Positions 44,180 through 51,677 of a stretch of DNA of 64,000 bases are shown piece by piece. Position 1 is the first letter of the stretch. Every line of letters starts with the position of its first letter. The DNA is taken from assembly GCA_017962605.1 (NCBI GenBank), contig JAGCUY010000038.1, forward strand, positions 350 through 64,349, in the 5' to 3' direction. The notes below the pieces were generated by a model. It saw only the letters and a list, made by a program, of their open reading frames with translations. It did not search any database and had not been told where the DNA came from. Position numbers and translations under genes: made by a program. Source of the DNA: Kiritimatiellia bacterium. Its GTDB lineage: Bacteria > Verrucomicrobiota > Kiritimatiellia > RFP12 > JAAYLN01.

Positions 44180-46042
44180 TCATTCGCCAGCGGCAAGCCT
44201 AAGTATTTTGCCACGCAGTTCCGCATCAGTTTTGGGATTTTCAGAAAGAACAAGGTTTCTGTCCTCCTCAAGGCGGACCATTATGGAACTGGCAATCTCT
44301 CGCACATCTCCAATAGGCGTATTGTCCGAGCGCTTTTCTAATCGTGCGACGAGTCGCCACAGGCGCAGGCAATCGAACGACAATCTGGTCATCCGCACAT
44401 TGAAGGAAAGCGCAGGATCACCAGCCACGGCTTCTTCCGCCCTGCGCCATAGTTCAACGCCGAGGTCGATGGCGTCGTCAGTGATTGCGGTGCTTTCGGG
44501 ACCAAGGTAACTGGTGAGCGGGTGTTTGCCAGATGCGGAGTGTTTCAGCTGCAACTGGTGCGTCTCCTCGAACCATTCGCGCACGAACGGCGCCGCAGGG
44601 CCGTAGAAGCCGACGAAGAAGTCATCAAGAAGCGGCTTGAGCGGCTGAGCGGGGTTCCACATAAGCTTCGCGGTTATCCAGGTCTTGAGTTCGGCAAAGT
44701 CGGCGTGGCTACCCCTGTTGTCGCCCTGGGAAAAGAGATAGCGGACGTTGTTGTCGTGGAAGAAGCGGATGTTTTCGGCAAGGGCGTAAACGTTAGGGTA
44801 GGGGATGGTGTAATTTGCGTAGTTGACTGTGTAGTCCCAAATGAAAATGCGGTCATTTTGAAGACTCCACTCTTTTAAATCGCGCCGGAAGTCCACACAC
44901 CCTCTCCATTCGCTTTCCGCAATCGGGAGCGCGAAGTCGCATCCGAGGGTGCATATGCATACAATGACGTTGCGGCGAAGGCGCGTCTTGGCCGGCGGCT
45001 TGCGCGACCACATGTAGGCGAGCGTCTCAACAACGGCGTCCGGGAATTCCTTCTCAACATCCTCAGCAACGGCGTTGACGAATCGGAAAAGCGTTCCAGC
45101 CTGCGAGTCCTCCTCCTTGTTCACGGCACTGCAGTCTGGGCACTGGCAGACGTTGCCGTGGTCTTGCTGCGATACGCCGTAGAACCTGGCGCCGGGGTCT
45201 TGGCGGATACGCGCAAGGACGTTGGATGTCACGATGCGCAGCACATCGGGGTTCGTGAGGCATGGTTGCCAGCTGGTGCCGCGCGGCGGGCCGTTGGTGG
45301 AGCGTTTCCCGTCAAGCATGCAGTAGTATTCGGGATGTTCCGCGAAGTATTCGCCGGGAGGGATTAGTTCACCGAAGGTGTGCGCTATCGCAAGTCCTTT
45401 TCCAAAGCGCCAGTCATCGCCGCCATATTTTGCGGCGATGGTGCCCCACTTGTGGCCATTGGCGCGGAGGCGCGCCTCGAACTCCGGGTGACGGCGCACA
45501 TCGTACCAGAAGGGCTCGCGCATCTCAAAGGCCGGAACCTGCGATTCGTCGAAGCCATTCGGCAGGGCAATGCGGTCGAGGCGTGGAATCCGCGAATGCC
45601 ACGAAGAATACCAGCGGCACCCCGCGAAGCGCTCCAGCACCTCATAGACGCCATAGAGGACGCCGCGCTCGCCGCCGCCCTCGATGAGGAGGCGGTCGCC
45701 GGAGACGGCGATGCGGAAGGCGTCCGCGTTAAGCGGTTGAGCGCCAATCCCCGTTCCCCGTTCCCCGTTTCCTGTTCCCCTCGTCGCCAGCACCACGGCC
45801 TTGCCCGTGGTGCTGGCGACGACCGGCAACTCAACGCCCGTCGTCTCGCAGACGAAGCGCCGCAGCTCCTGCGCGGCGTATTGGACGCACTCGCCGGCAT
45901 CCCCGGCCACGACGATGGCGCATTCGGCGGGCTTGCCGCGTTCGGCCAGGATGAACTCGTCGGCGAAAGATGGCGCTGCCACTAGCTCCGCGAGGACTGA
46001 AATTGAGATGCCAACGGCGAAGGCGCAGAATGATTTTCCCAT
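44180..46042 (-). CDS. DUF4838-domain protein (GH20/GH67-N-like glycan-processing family), secreted
   Basis: The signal peptide is MGKSFCAFAVGISISVLAELVAAPSFA. ...RGVLYGVYEVLERFAGCRWYSSW... is the hallmark N-terminal block of DUF4838 proteins (from memory). Confidence 0.8.
   Translation of the reverse strand: MGKSFCAFAVGISISVLAELVAAPSFADEFILAERGKPAECAIVVAGDAGECVQYAAQELRRFVCETTGVELPVVASTTGKAVVLATRGTGNGERGTGIGAQPLNADAFRIAVSGDRLLIEGGGERGVLYGVYEVLERFAGCRWYSSWHSRIPRLDRIALPNGFDESQVPAFEMREPFWYDVRRHPEFEARLRANGHKWGTIAAKYGGDDWRFGKGLAIAHTFGELIPPGEYFAEHPEYYCMLDGKRSTNGPPRGTSWQPCLTNPDVLRIVTSNVLARIRQDPGARFYGVSQQDHGNVCQCPDCSAVNKEEDSQAGTLFRFVNAVAEDVEKEFPDAVVETLAYMWSRKPPAKTRLRRNVIVCICTLGCDFALPIAESEWRGCVDFRRDLKEWSLQNDRIFIWDYTVNYANYTIPYPNVYALAENIRFFHDNNVRYLFSQGDNRGSHADFAELKTWITAKLMWNPAQPLKPLLDDFFVGFYGPAAPFVREWFEETHQLQLKHSASGKHPLTSYLGPESTAITDDAIDLGVELWRRAEEAVAGDPALSFNVRMTRLSFDCLRLWRLVARLEKRSDNTPIGDVREIASSIMVRLEEDRNLVLSENPKTDAELRGKILRLAAGE
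45744..45780 (-). repeat. GGGGAAC-type heptad array inside the DUF4838 CDS
   Basis: On the plus strand: CCAATCC CCGTTCC CCGTTCC CCGTTTC CTGTTCC CC. The coding strand encodes RGTGNGERGTGIG and shares GGGGAACGGGGAACGGGGA with 27531-27586 in the same reading frame. Confidence 0.85.
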
Positions 46043-46091
46043 TGAGATTCCACTGATGGTTCCCAGACTTATGCTAATGCCGGTTTCTTGC

Positions 46092-48194
46092 CTACCTCAT
46101 TATTACCATGGTGAACGGAGGCGCTTCAAGGCACTCGTAGCAGCCGATGTCCGGCGCGGCGCCGAACACGCGCGCGTTTCCGAAAAGGTCGATCGCAGAC
46201 GCCATCCAGCCTTCCGTTCTCCCCGCGTCGACGCAGGGCGAGGTCGGTTTCAGCGAGTAGTCGCCGCCAGCGGCGTTTTTGAACTTTGGGTTCGCAACGA
46301 AGCAACCGTTGGCCACCATCATGTGTTCCGTTGCGCCGGGCCACGAAAGGCAGTTGAGCCAGGTGCCGAAATCGTCTGACCAGTCGCGGTCGGCTTCCGA
46401 TCCGTTCGTCTTGTTGTCCGCCAGGACCGTGTTGACGATACGGCCCCCCCAGCTCTGGCAGAGGCCACCTCCGGCGTAGTCCTCGTCCGTTCGGTTCGCG
46501 GCGACGGTGCAGTTGGCCACTTCCCAGGCGTTCGACGAGGCGCAGTAGAGCGCACCGCCCTGTCGTCCGGAATGGTTCCCCGCGAAGAAGGAATTGCGGA
46601 TGGTGAAGGGCGTCGCGTTGTCATCCGGGATTTCCTTAAGGTAAACGGCGCCTCCCATGTAGGCGGAGGTGTTGTTCGTGAAAACGCAGCGTTCAAACGT
46701 CGCGAATACGGGCGTCGTGTCATTCGGCGCGGTGGCGATGGCGCCGCCATATCTCCCGTAGTTGCCCGCGAAAACGCAATTTGTGGAGGCACAACGACCG
46801 CCTGTCGCCTGGGCGCGGAGCATCACGGCACCGCCAACAGCCGATGTAGCGGCGCGGTTACCTTCGAATAGGCAACTGTCGAGCGTGAGTTTCGCCGAGC
46901 CAATCAGGTAGATTCCACCGCCGCCGCGCAGATTCGAGCCCTTGGCAACCGTGTTGGAGACGAACGTGCAGTTCACGAATGAGGCATCGGCTCCGGCGCT
47001 TCTGATATACGCCGCGCCGCCACCGGCCTCGTCGGCCTTGTTGGCATCGAAAAGGCAATTCTCAACGCGCAACGCCCCGAGGATGTAGAGTGCGCCGCCA
47101 CCATAGACGTCGCCACTGCCGCTCACGGAATTGCGCAGGAAGCGGCAGTCGGTGATAAGACCTCCGCTCGCTCCGATTTGGATTGCCCCGCCTGCTTGTT
47201 TGACGATGTTGTCTGAAAATTCACAGTCGGCCACAAAGGGATTGGCTCCTTCAAGCATAACCGTCGCGGAGCCGTTTTCGGAGGCGTTGCCCGAGACGAT
47301 GCAGTTTGTCATGCAGAAATTGTCCTTGGGCGTATAAACCGCGCCGCCCGTGCTGGTGTCCGTCTGGACATTGCCACGAATGGTGCAGCCCTCGATGTAG
47401 CCCACGCCGGCGACGCCCGCGAACCGGACGGCCGTGTTCGTCTGCACAGTGCAGTCGATAAGTCGCCCAAGGCCGGAGAATGTCCCGTTCGCCTCGTCGG
47501 CCATGACAGGCGCGGCGTATTTGGCCGTCGCCGTGTTGCCCTGAATTAGGCATTTGCGTGCCGTCGCGTTCGTTGCGCAGAAGGTTATGCCACAGCCATG
47601 ATAGCCAGCGGCGTTGTTGCTTATGACGCAATCGACGAGCAAGGCACCTTCGCTCAAAAGCGTCACACCCGCAGCCTTTCCCTTGTAATTCGTGCCTGAA
47701 TAGGCGTTTGTGCATCCGCGCACGATGCAGTTCGTGACGATGGTCGGAATATTGTGTCCAGCTGTCCCAATGGCGATTCCACCCGCGCTACCTGTTTGGC
47801 CGGTTGTGTTGGATGTGACGCCTCTCTGCAAGGTGATGCCATCCACCGTGACTGCGCCATTGGCAATCATAACTTTGAAGGCACCGTGGGCATCAAGGAC
47901 TACATCTTCGGGATTCCCCGTTGAGCCGCGAACGATGACGCGACGCGATTCGGATGTGCCCGCCGTCATCCTGAGAGTGTCGGAAAGGGTATAGACACCC
48001 GGCGCGATGACGATTTCCCCGGCGGTGTTCTTGTTGTGCAGCTGTTCGAATGCCTTTGCGGGCGTGGCGAATGGCGCCGCCGCACTCGTGCCATCGTTGT
48101 CATCGCTGCCAGATGGCGCAACATAGTATGTGGCCGCAGACGCCCCGATGGCGCAAAGCGCGGACAAGAGAACTGCTGACTTCGTTATGTTCAT
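46092..48194 (-). CDS. Secreted beta-helix protein with Pmp-like GGA(I/V/L) repeats
   Basis: The signal peptide is MNITKSAVLLSALCAIGASA, followed by TYYVAPSGSDDNDGTSAAAPFATPAKAF. There are at least 9 rungs of type GGAVY / GGAIQ / GGALY / GGAAY / GGGIY / GGAVM / GGAIA. A DIGCYEC cap is present. The protein ends ...EAPPFTMVIMR. Confidence 0.85.
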   Translation of the reverse strand: MNITKSAVLLSALCAIGASAATYYVAPSGSDDNDGTSAAAPFATPAKAFEQLHNKNTAGEIVIAPGVYTLSDTLRMTAGTSESRRVIVRGSTGNPEDVVLDAHGAFKVMIANGAVTVDGITLQRGVTSNTTGQTGSAGGIAIGTAGHNIPTIVTNCIVRGCTNAYSGTNYKGKAAGVTLLSEGALLVDCVISNNAAGYHGCGITFCATNATARKCLIQGNTATAKYAAPVMADEANGTFSGLGRLIDCTVQTNTAVRFAGVAGVGYIEGCTIRGNVQTDTSTGGAVYTPKDNFCMTNCIVSGNASENGSATVMLEGANPFVADCEFSDNIVKQAGGAIQIGASGGLITDCRFLRNSVSGSGDVYGGGALYILGALRVENCLFDANKADEAGGGAAYIRSAGADASFVNCTFVSNTVAKGSNLRGGGGIYLIGSAKLTLDSCLFEGNRAATSAVGGAVMLRAQATGGRCASTNCVFAGNYGRYGGAIATAPNDTTPVFATFERCVFTNNTSAYMGGAVYLKEIPDDNATPFTIRNSFFAGNHSGRQGGALYCASSNAWEVANCTVAANRTDEDYAGGGLCQSWGGRIVNTVLADNKTNGSEADRDWSDDFGTWLNCLSWPGATEHMMVANGCFVANPKFKNAAGGDYSLKPTSPCVDAGRTEGWMASAIDLFGNARVFGAAPDIGCYECLEAPPFTMVIMR

Positions 48195-48254
48195 TGTGTA
48201 CTCCTTGACTTGCTAGGGATTATTCGGGACACGCGCCCCAATTTCGCGGAAATA

Positions 48255-48283
48255 ATAATAACACCAAAAGGAAAAGTTGTCAA
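48255..48283 (-). promoter_or_regulatory. Sigma-70 promoter of the Pmp-like beta-helix gene
   Basis: -35 TTGACA (48278-48283), a 17-nt spacer and -10 TATTAT (48255-48260). The RBS AAGGAG precedes ATG 48194. Confidence 0.55.
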
Positions 48284-48356
48284 ACACTTCCGCAAAAACC
48301 ACCATATTAGCCTACATAATTGAGGCTAGGATGCCACGCTTAATGCCTTGCCCAGA

Positions 48357-48450
48357 GACATTCGACATCCGGCATCCGACATCCCGGACGACAACCGACC
48401 ATCGAAAAGTCGAATGTCGGGGCGGGTGTCGGTTGTCGGCCGTCGGATGT
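48357..48450. repeat. Nested imperfect palindrome of GACATCC / CGGNTGT heptads (same word family as 5845-5978)
   Basis: The left side is GACATTC GACATCC GGCATCC GACATCC then GGACGACAACCGAC. The right side is GTCGGTTGTCGGCC then GTCGGATG, phased as CGGGTGT CGGTTGT CGGCCGT CGGATGT. It lies between the stop of ATPase copy 2 and the next promoter. Confidence 0.8.
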
Positions 48451-48477
48451 TCCGAAACCTTGATGCGACGGGCCGTT

Positions 48478-49893
48478 TCAGGCATCGGCGAAGAGGTCGT
48501 CGAGCGTCACCTCGGACTGGATGTCGTTCCAGTATGCGTTGCGGACAAGGCCATGCGTGGTGACCATCGTCACGTGAATGGACTTGCCGGGGCCGACCAT
48601 CTTTGAAAAAGCCTCGGCACGGTTCGCAATCTTGCAGTCCTCCTCGGCGTCAATGGCGTATTCGCCCCTTGACCATTTCATCTCGCACATGTTCACTATG
48701 CCGTCCGCCCTTGCAAGCAGCAGGTCGATCTGCGCCCCGCGCAACTCGCGCGACGCTGTGCGTTTCCACGAATAGACATCGGTGTGGACACCCGATATCC
48801 CAAGCGCCTTCTTTATCTGCGGGACATGCTCAAGGCAGAGCCGCTCGAACGCGAAGCCACGCCATTCGTTCTTCTCGCCCTGACCTACCGATTCCGTCCA
48901 GTAATCCCCGTCCCGCGAATGGTTCCCTCTGACAAACCGCAGCCAGAAAAGCGAAAAGTTGTCGGTCAGCTGGTAGAGGCCACCATTGACGCCGCCGGCC
49001 GGCAGATAGTGGCGGATGAGCCCGGATTCCTCCAAGTCGGCCAGCTGGAGCGTGAGGTTCCCGCTGCTTTGCGCGCCTAGCGCCTCCACGAGTTCGTCGC
49101 GGCCCAATCCATCCCGCCTCGCACCCAACGCGGCGACAATCTTCTCGTATGGCCCCGGATTCGAATAGAGCGACGCATAGAGCTCCTCGAACTCGTTGCG
49201 CAGCCCGTCGCCTTTCCCGAAGAAAAGCCCGTCGAAATTCTGGCCGGGGCTTTTCCCTTTTTCAAGAAGGCTCCAGTAGTATGCGACTCCCCCAAGGGCC
49301 ATGTAGCACTCGGCGATGTGCGTCCGCCCGTATCCAAGTCCCAGTTCCTTCGCGTATGCCTCGCATTCCGCAAGCGTGAAAGGCTGGAGTTTTATTTGCG
49401 TCCTGATCCGGTTGTAGAGTCCGCCGGCGTTTCGGTTGAGTTTCTTGACGATCCACGATGTCGCCGAGCCGCACGCGATAAGCAGGATGTCCTTGCGGCC
49501 GCTTGCCCACTCGTTCCAAAAGCTTTCGAGAGCCGTCAGGAACCCGGAACCATGCGTGTCCATCCATGGCATCTCGTCAATGAACACGGCCTTTTTCCCT
49601 TCCGGCTCCGACTCCAGGAACATTTCAAGTTCATTGAACGCCTGAAGCCATGAGGTCAGCTTTGGACATTTCTCCCAGCCGTGCCTGATGAGGGCGAAGC
49701 GGAACTTGTCGAGCTGTTCTCGCTTAACGCCCTTCTTGACACCGGCCACATGGAACGCGAACTTGTAGCCGAACACTTCGTTCACCAGAAACGTCTTCCC
49801 TATACGGCGCCTGCCATATATTGAGACGAACTCCGAATACGGGGATTCCCAAGCAGCCCTCAACCGCCTGGTCTCTTCTTTTCTGCCAATCAT
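48478..49893 (-). CDS. AAA ATPase - wHTH - PD-(D/E)xK nuclease-like protein (DUF234 type), copy 2
   Basis: The start is ATG 49893 (RBS AGGAGG); the upstream part of track ORF ..50046 reads through repeats. Walker A is IYGRRRIGKTFLV and Walker B is AVFIDEMPWM. The wHTH-like segment is LGRDELVEALGAQSSGNLTLQLADLEESGLIRHY. The nuclease signature is GAQIDLLLARADGIVNMCEMKWS. Confidence 0.8.
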   Translation of the reverse strand: MIGRKEETRRLRAAWESPYSEFVSIYGRRRIGKTFLVNEVFGYKFAFHVAGVKKGVKREQLDKFRFALIRHGWEKCPKLTSWLQAFNELEMFLESEPEGKKAVFIDEMPWMDTHGSGFLTALESFWNEWASGRKDILLIACGSATSWIVKKLNRNAGGLYNRIRTQIKLQPFTLAECEAYAKELGLGYGRTHIAECYMALGGVAYYWSLLEKGKSPGQNFDGLFFGKGDGLRNEFEELYASLYSNPGPYEKIVAALGARRDGLGRDELVEALGAQSSGNLTLQLADLEESGLIRHYLPAGGVNGGLYQLTDNFSLFWLRFVRGNHSRDGDYWTESVGQGEKNEWRGFAFERLCLEHVPQIKKALGISGVHTDVYSWKRTASRELRGAQIDLLLARADGIVNMCEMKWSRGEYAIDAEEDCKIANRAEAFSKMVGPGKSIHVTMVTTHGLVRNAYWNDIQSEVTLDDLFADA

Positions 49894-49928
49894 CCAGTCT
49901 TGCCTCCTTGCCGAAAATATATGGAAAC

Positions 49929-49957
49929 ATAATACCACAGCAAGGCAACTTTGGCAA
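49929..49957 (-). promoter_or_regulatory. Extended -10 promoter of ATPase copy 2
   Basis: TGTGGTATTAT (-10 TATTAT at plus 49929-49934), a 17-nt spacer and -35 TTGCCA (49952-49957). The -35 lies inside the first repeat unit. Confidence 0.5.
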
Positions 49958-50080
49958 GCGAACTCGCAATTTTCGTGAGTTCGTCGGCCAAAGTTCTCGT
50001 TTTTAAGCGACTTTGGCAAGTGAACTCGCGGTTTTTGTGAGTTCATCGTCCAAAGTTCTCGTTTTTAAGCGACTTTGGCC
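49948..50080. repeat. 62-nt tandem direct repeat, 2.15 copies, each a long imperfect hairpin, overlapping the ATPase-2 promoter
   Basis: Unit A is 49948-50009, unit B is 50010-50071 and a partial unit C is 50072-80. In unit A the arms ACTTTGGCAAGCGAACTCGC / GTGAGTTCGTCGGCCAAAGT surround the loop AATTTTC, followed by TCTCGTTTTTAAGCG. Confidence 0.92.
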
Positions 50081-50186
50081 ATTGAGCACACCACTCGCCC
50101 AACCCGTAATTGATATTTGTGATTTGTGAACAATTGTGTCAATTGAGATTTGTGAACATTGGTCATGGGGCAGATGGGGGAGGGCG

Positions 50187-51236
50187 CTACAGACTGTCGC
50201 CTGGAATGAAGGTGAGTTCCGGGCGCGGCAGCGCGGGGCGCTTCCCTTCAAGCACCGCCAACGTATAGTCGGCTGCGGCGTCGGCGCAGACCGTCGGGTC
50301 GCACTCGATGCGGGCTAGCGGAACTCCCGCCACCGGCTCGTCGCCTCGGTTGCAGTAGGTGACGACCTTCACGTCATCCGGGATGCGCAGCCCCGCCTCC
50401 AGCAGCGCGACGATTCCGCCCGATGCGAGGTAGTCGTCGTCAAAGAGAATGGCGTTTGGAGGATTGCGCCTGTTGCGCTCGACGGCGAAGAACCTGGCCA
50501 CGGCGGCATGGCCGCATCGACGCACGTCGGACATCGACCAGGGCGAGTCATCGTCCCACCGGCAGAGGACGCGCCGCACCTCAAGTCCGGCGGCGGTCAT
50601 CGTCTGCTTGAATTCGCGGTCGATTCGTCGCTCGTAGTCGAACTCGACGACACGCCGGACACCGCACGAACGCATTGCGGAGGCCATGTCGGCAAAGGCG
50701 CGGCTGAAGTTTGGGCGAATCGCGGCGTTGGTGCCGGCCGTTCCGGCGGGGCCGAAGTCCAGCGCGGCGTAGGGGACGCTCGCGGCGGCGAGGCATGCCG
50801 CTATCTGGCGCGAGCTGGAAAGCCCAATCGCAAACGAGGCGCCGTTGGCGAGCTGTCGCAGAAGCGGAGCGAGGTCTGCGGAGCCGTCATGGGCGCCCGC
50901 GATGCCGACGGGCACGAAGTCCCATCCGGCGGAGCAGAAGCGCGCGGAGAGGCGCAGCGACACCTCCTGCTCGAAATAAGAGCCGTGCGCGCCCAAGTCG
51001 ATGAATAGGATGCGCCCCTTCCATGGCGGGGCTGCGCGGTCGGCCACCACTGCGCCCACGTTCTGGCGAAGGACAACCAGCCCTTCGTCGCGAAGGCGCC
51101 TCAGCGCGTGGCGGATTGCGTATTCGCCGGCTCCGAAGCGGATGCGGAGGGTGTCGAGGTCGGGAAGAGTCGCGCCGGCCCGCCAAAGACCATCGGCGAA
51201 CTCGCGGCGCAGCGCGCTGGCGATTCTATCTGACAT
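50187..51236 (-). CDS. GntR-family HTH + periplasmic-binding-protein-like sugar-binding regulator
   Basis: The wHTH is ...LPDLDTLRIRFGAGEYAIRHALRRLRDEGLVVLRQNVGAVV. The C-terminal roughly 270 aa look LacI/PBP-like. The start is uncertain (ATG 51236 or 51248; the track start 51344 is unlikely). Confidence 0.72.
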   Translation of the reverse strand: MSDRIASALRREFADGLWRAGATLPDLDTLRIRFGAGEYAIRHALRRLRDEGLVVLRQNVGAVVADRAAPPWKGRILFIDLGAHGSYFEQEVSLRLSARFCSAGWDFVPVGIAGAHDGSADLAPLLRQLANGASFAIGLSSSRQIAACLAAASVPYAALDFGPAGTAGTNAAIRPNFSRAFADMASAMRSCGVRRVVEFDYERRIDREFKQTMTAAGLEVRRVLCRWDDDSPWSMSDVRRCGHAAVARFFAVERNRRNPPNAILFDDDYLASGGIVALLEAGLRIPDDVKVVTYCNRGDEPVAGVPLARIECDPTVCADAAADYTLAVLEGKRPALPRPELTFIPGDSL

Positions 51237-51255
51237 GCATCTATGCATGCCGCCG

Positions 51256-51284
51256 ATGATACCACATCGCCCCATCCCTCGCAA
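51256..51284 (-). promoter_or_regulatory. Extended -10 promoter of the GntR-type regulator
   Basis: TGTGGTATCAT (plus 51256-51266) with -35 TTGCGA 17 nt upstream. It implies a very short or absent leader. Confidence 0.45.
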
Positions 51285-51497
51285 GCAATAAAATACCTGG
51301 CAGATAGGAGAAACACGCAACTCGCTCTGTGAACTCGCCACCACGGTTGTGATAATTTGACATGCCTGGTGCCTTTTGATAGCCTAGTCGCGTTTGGTTT
51401 CAAAATGGACAACGAATTCATCAAATCCGCAGTGGCAGACATAGAATCAACGCCTGACTTGCTTGAACGCTCGCTCAAGCTTGCAGGGAGGTAGAGA

Positions 51498-51671
51498 ATG
51501 GCTAGCGAAGGGAAGGAACCCATCCGGCTAACATGGGCGGAGTGGCAGCGGGGGCGCGCCGCAAAGCGCGAAGCTCTGGCCAAAAAGGGACTCTCCGAGC
51601 CATGCCGCCGTTCCACGGCAAAGCCCGCAGCCAGGGCGGCGGCTCTGGCGCAGAGCGCCTTGAAGGCTTAG
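51498..51671 (+). CDS. Hypothetical small basic protein (57 aa)
   Basis: ATG 51498 lies 6 nt after GGGAGG. The translation is MASEGKEPIRLTWAEWQRGRAAKREALAKKGLSEPCRRSTAKPAARAAALAQSALKA. It is below the ORF-track size cut-off and I recognise no family. Confidence 0.25.
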   Translation: MASEGKEPIRLTWAEWQRGRAAKREALAKKGLSEPCRRSTAKPAARAAALAQSALKA

Positions 51672-51677
51672 GGAATC

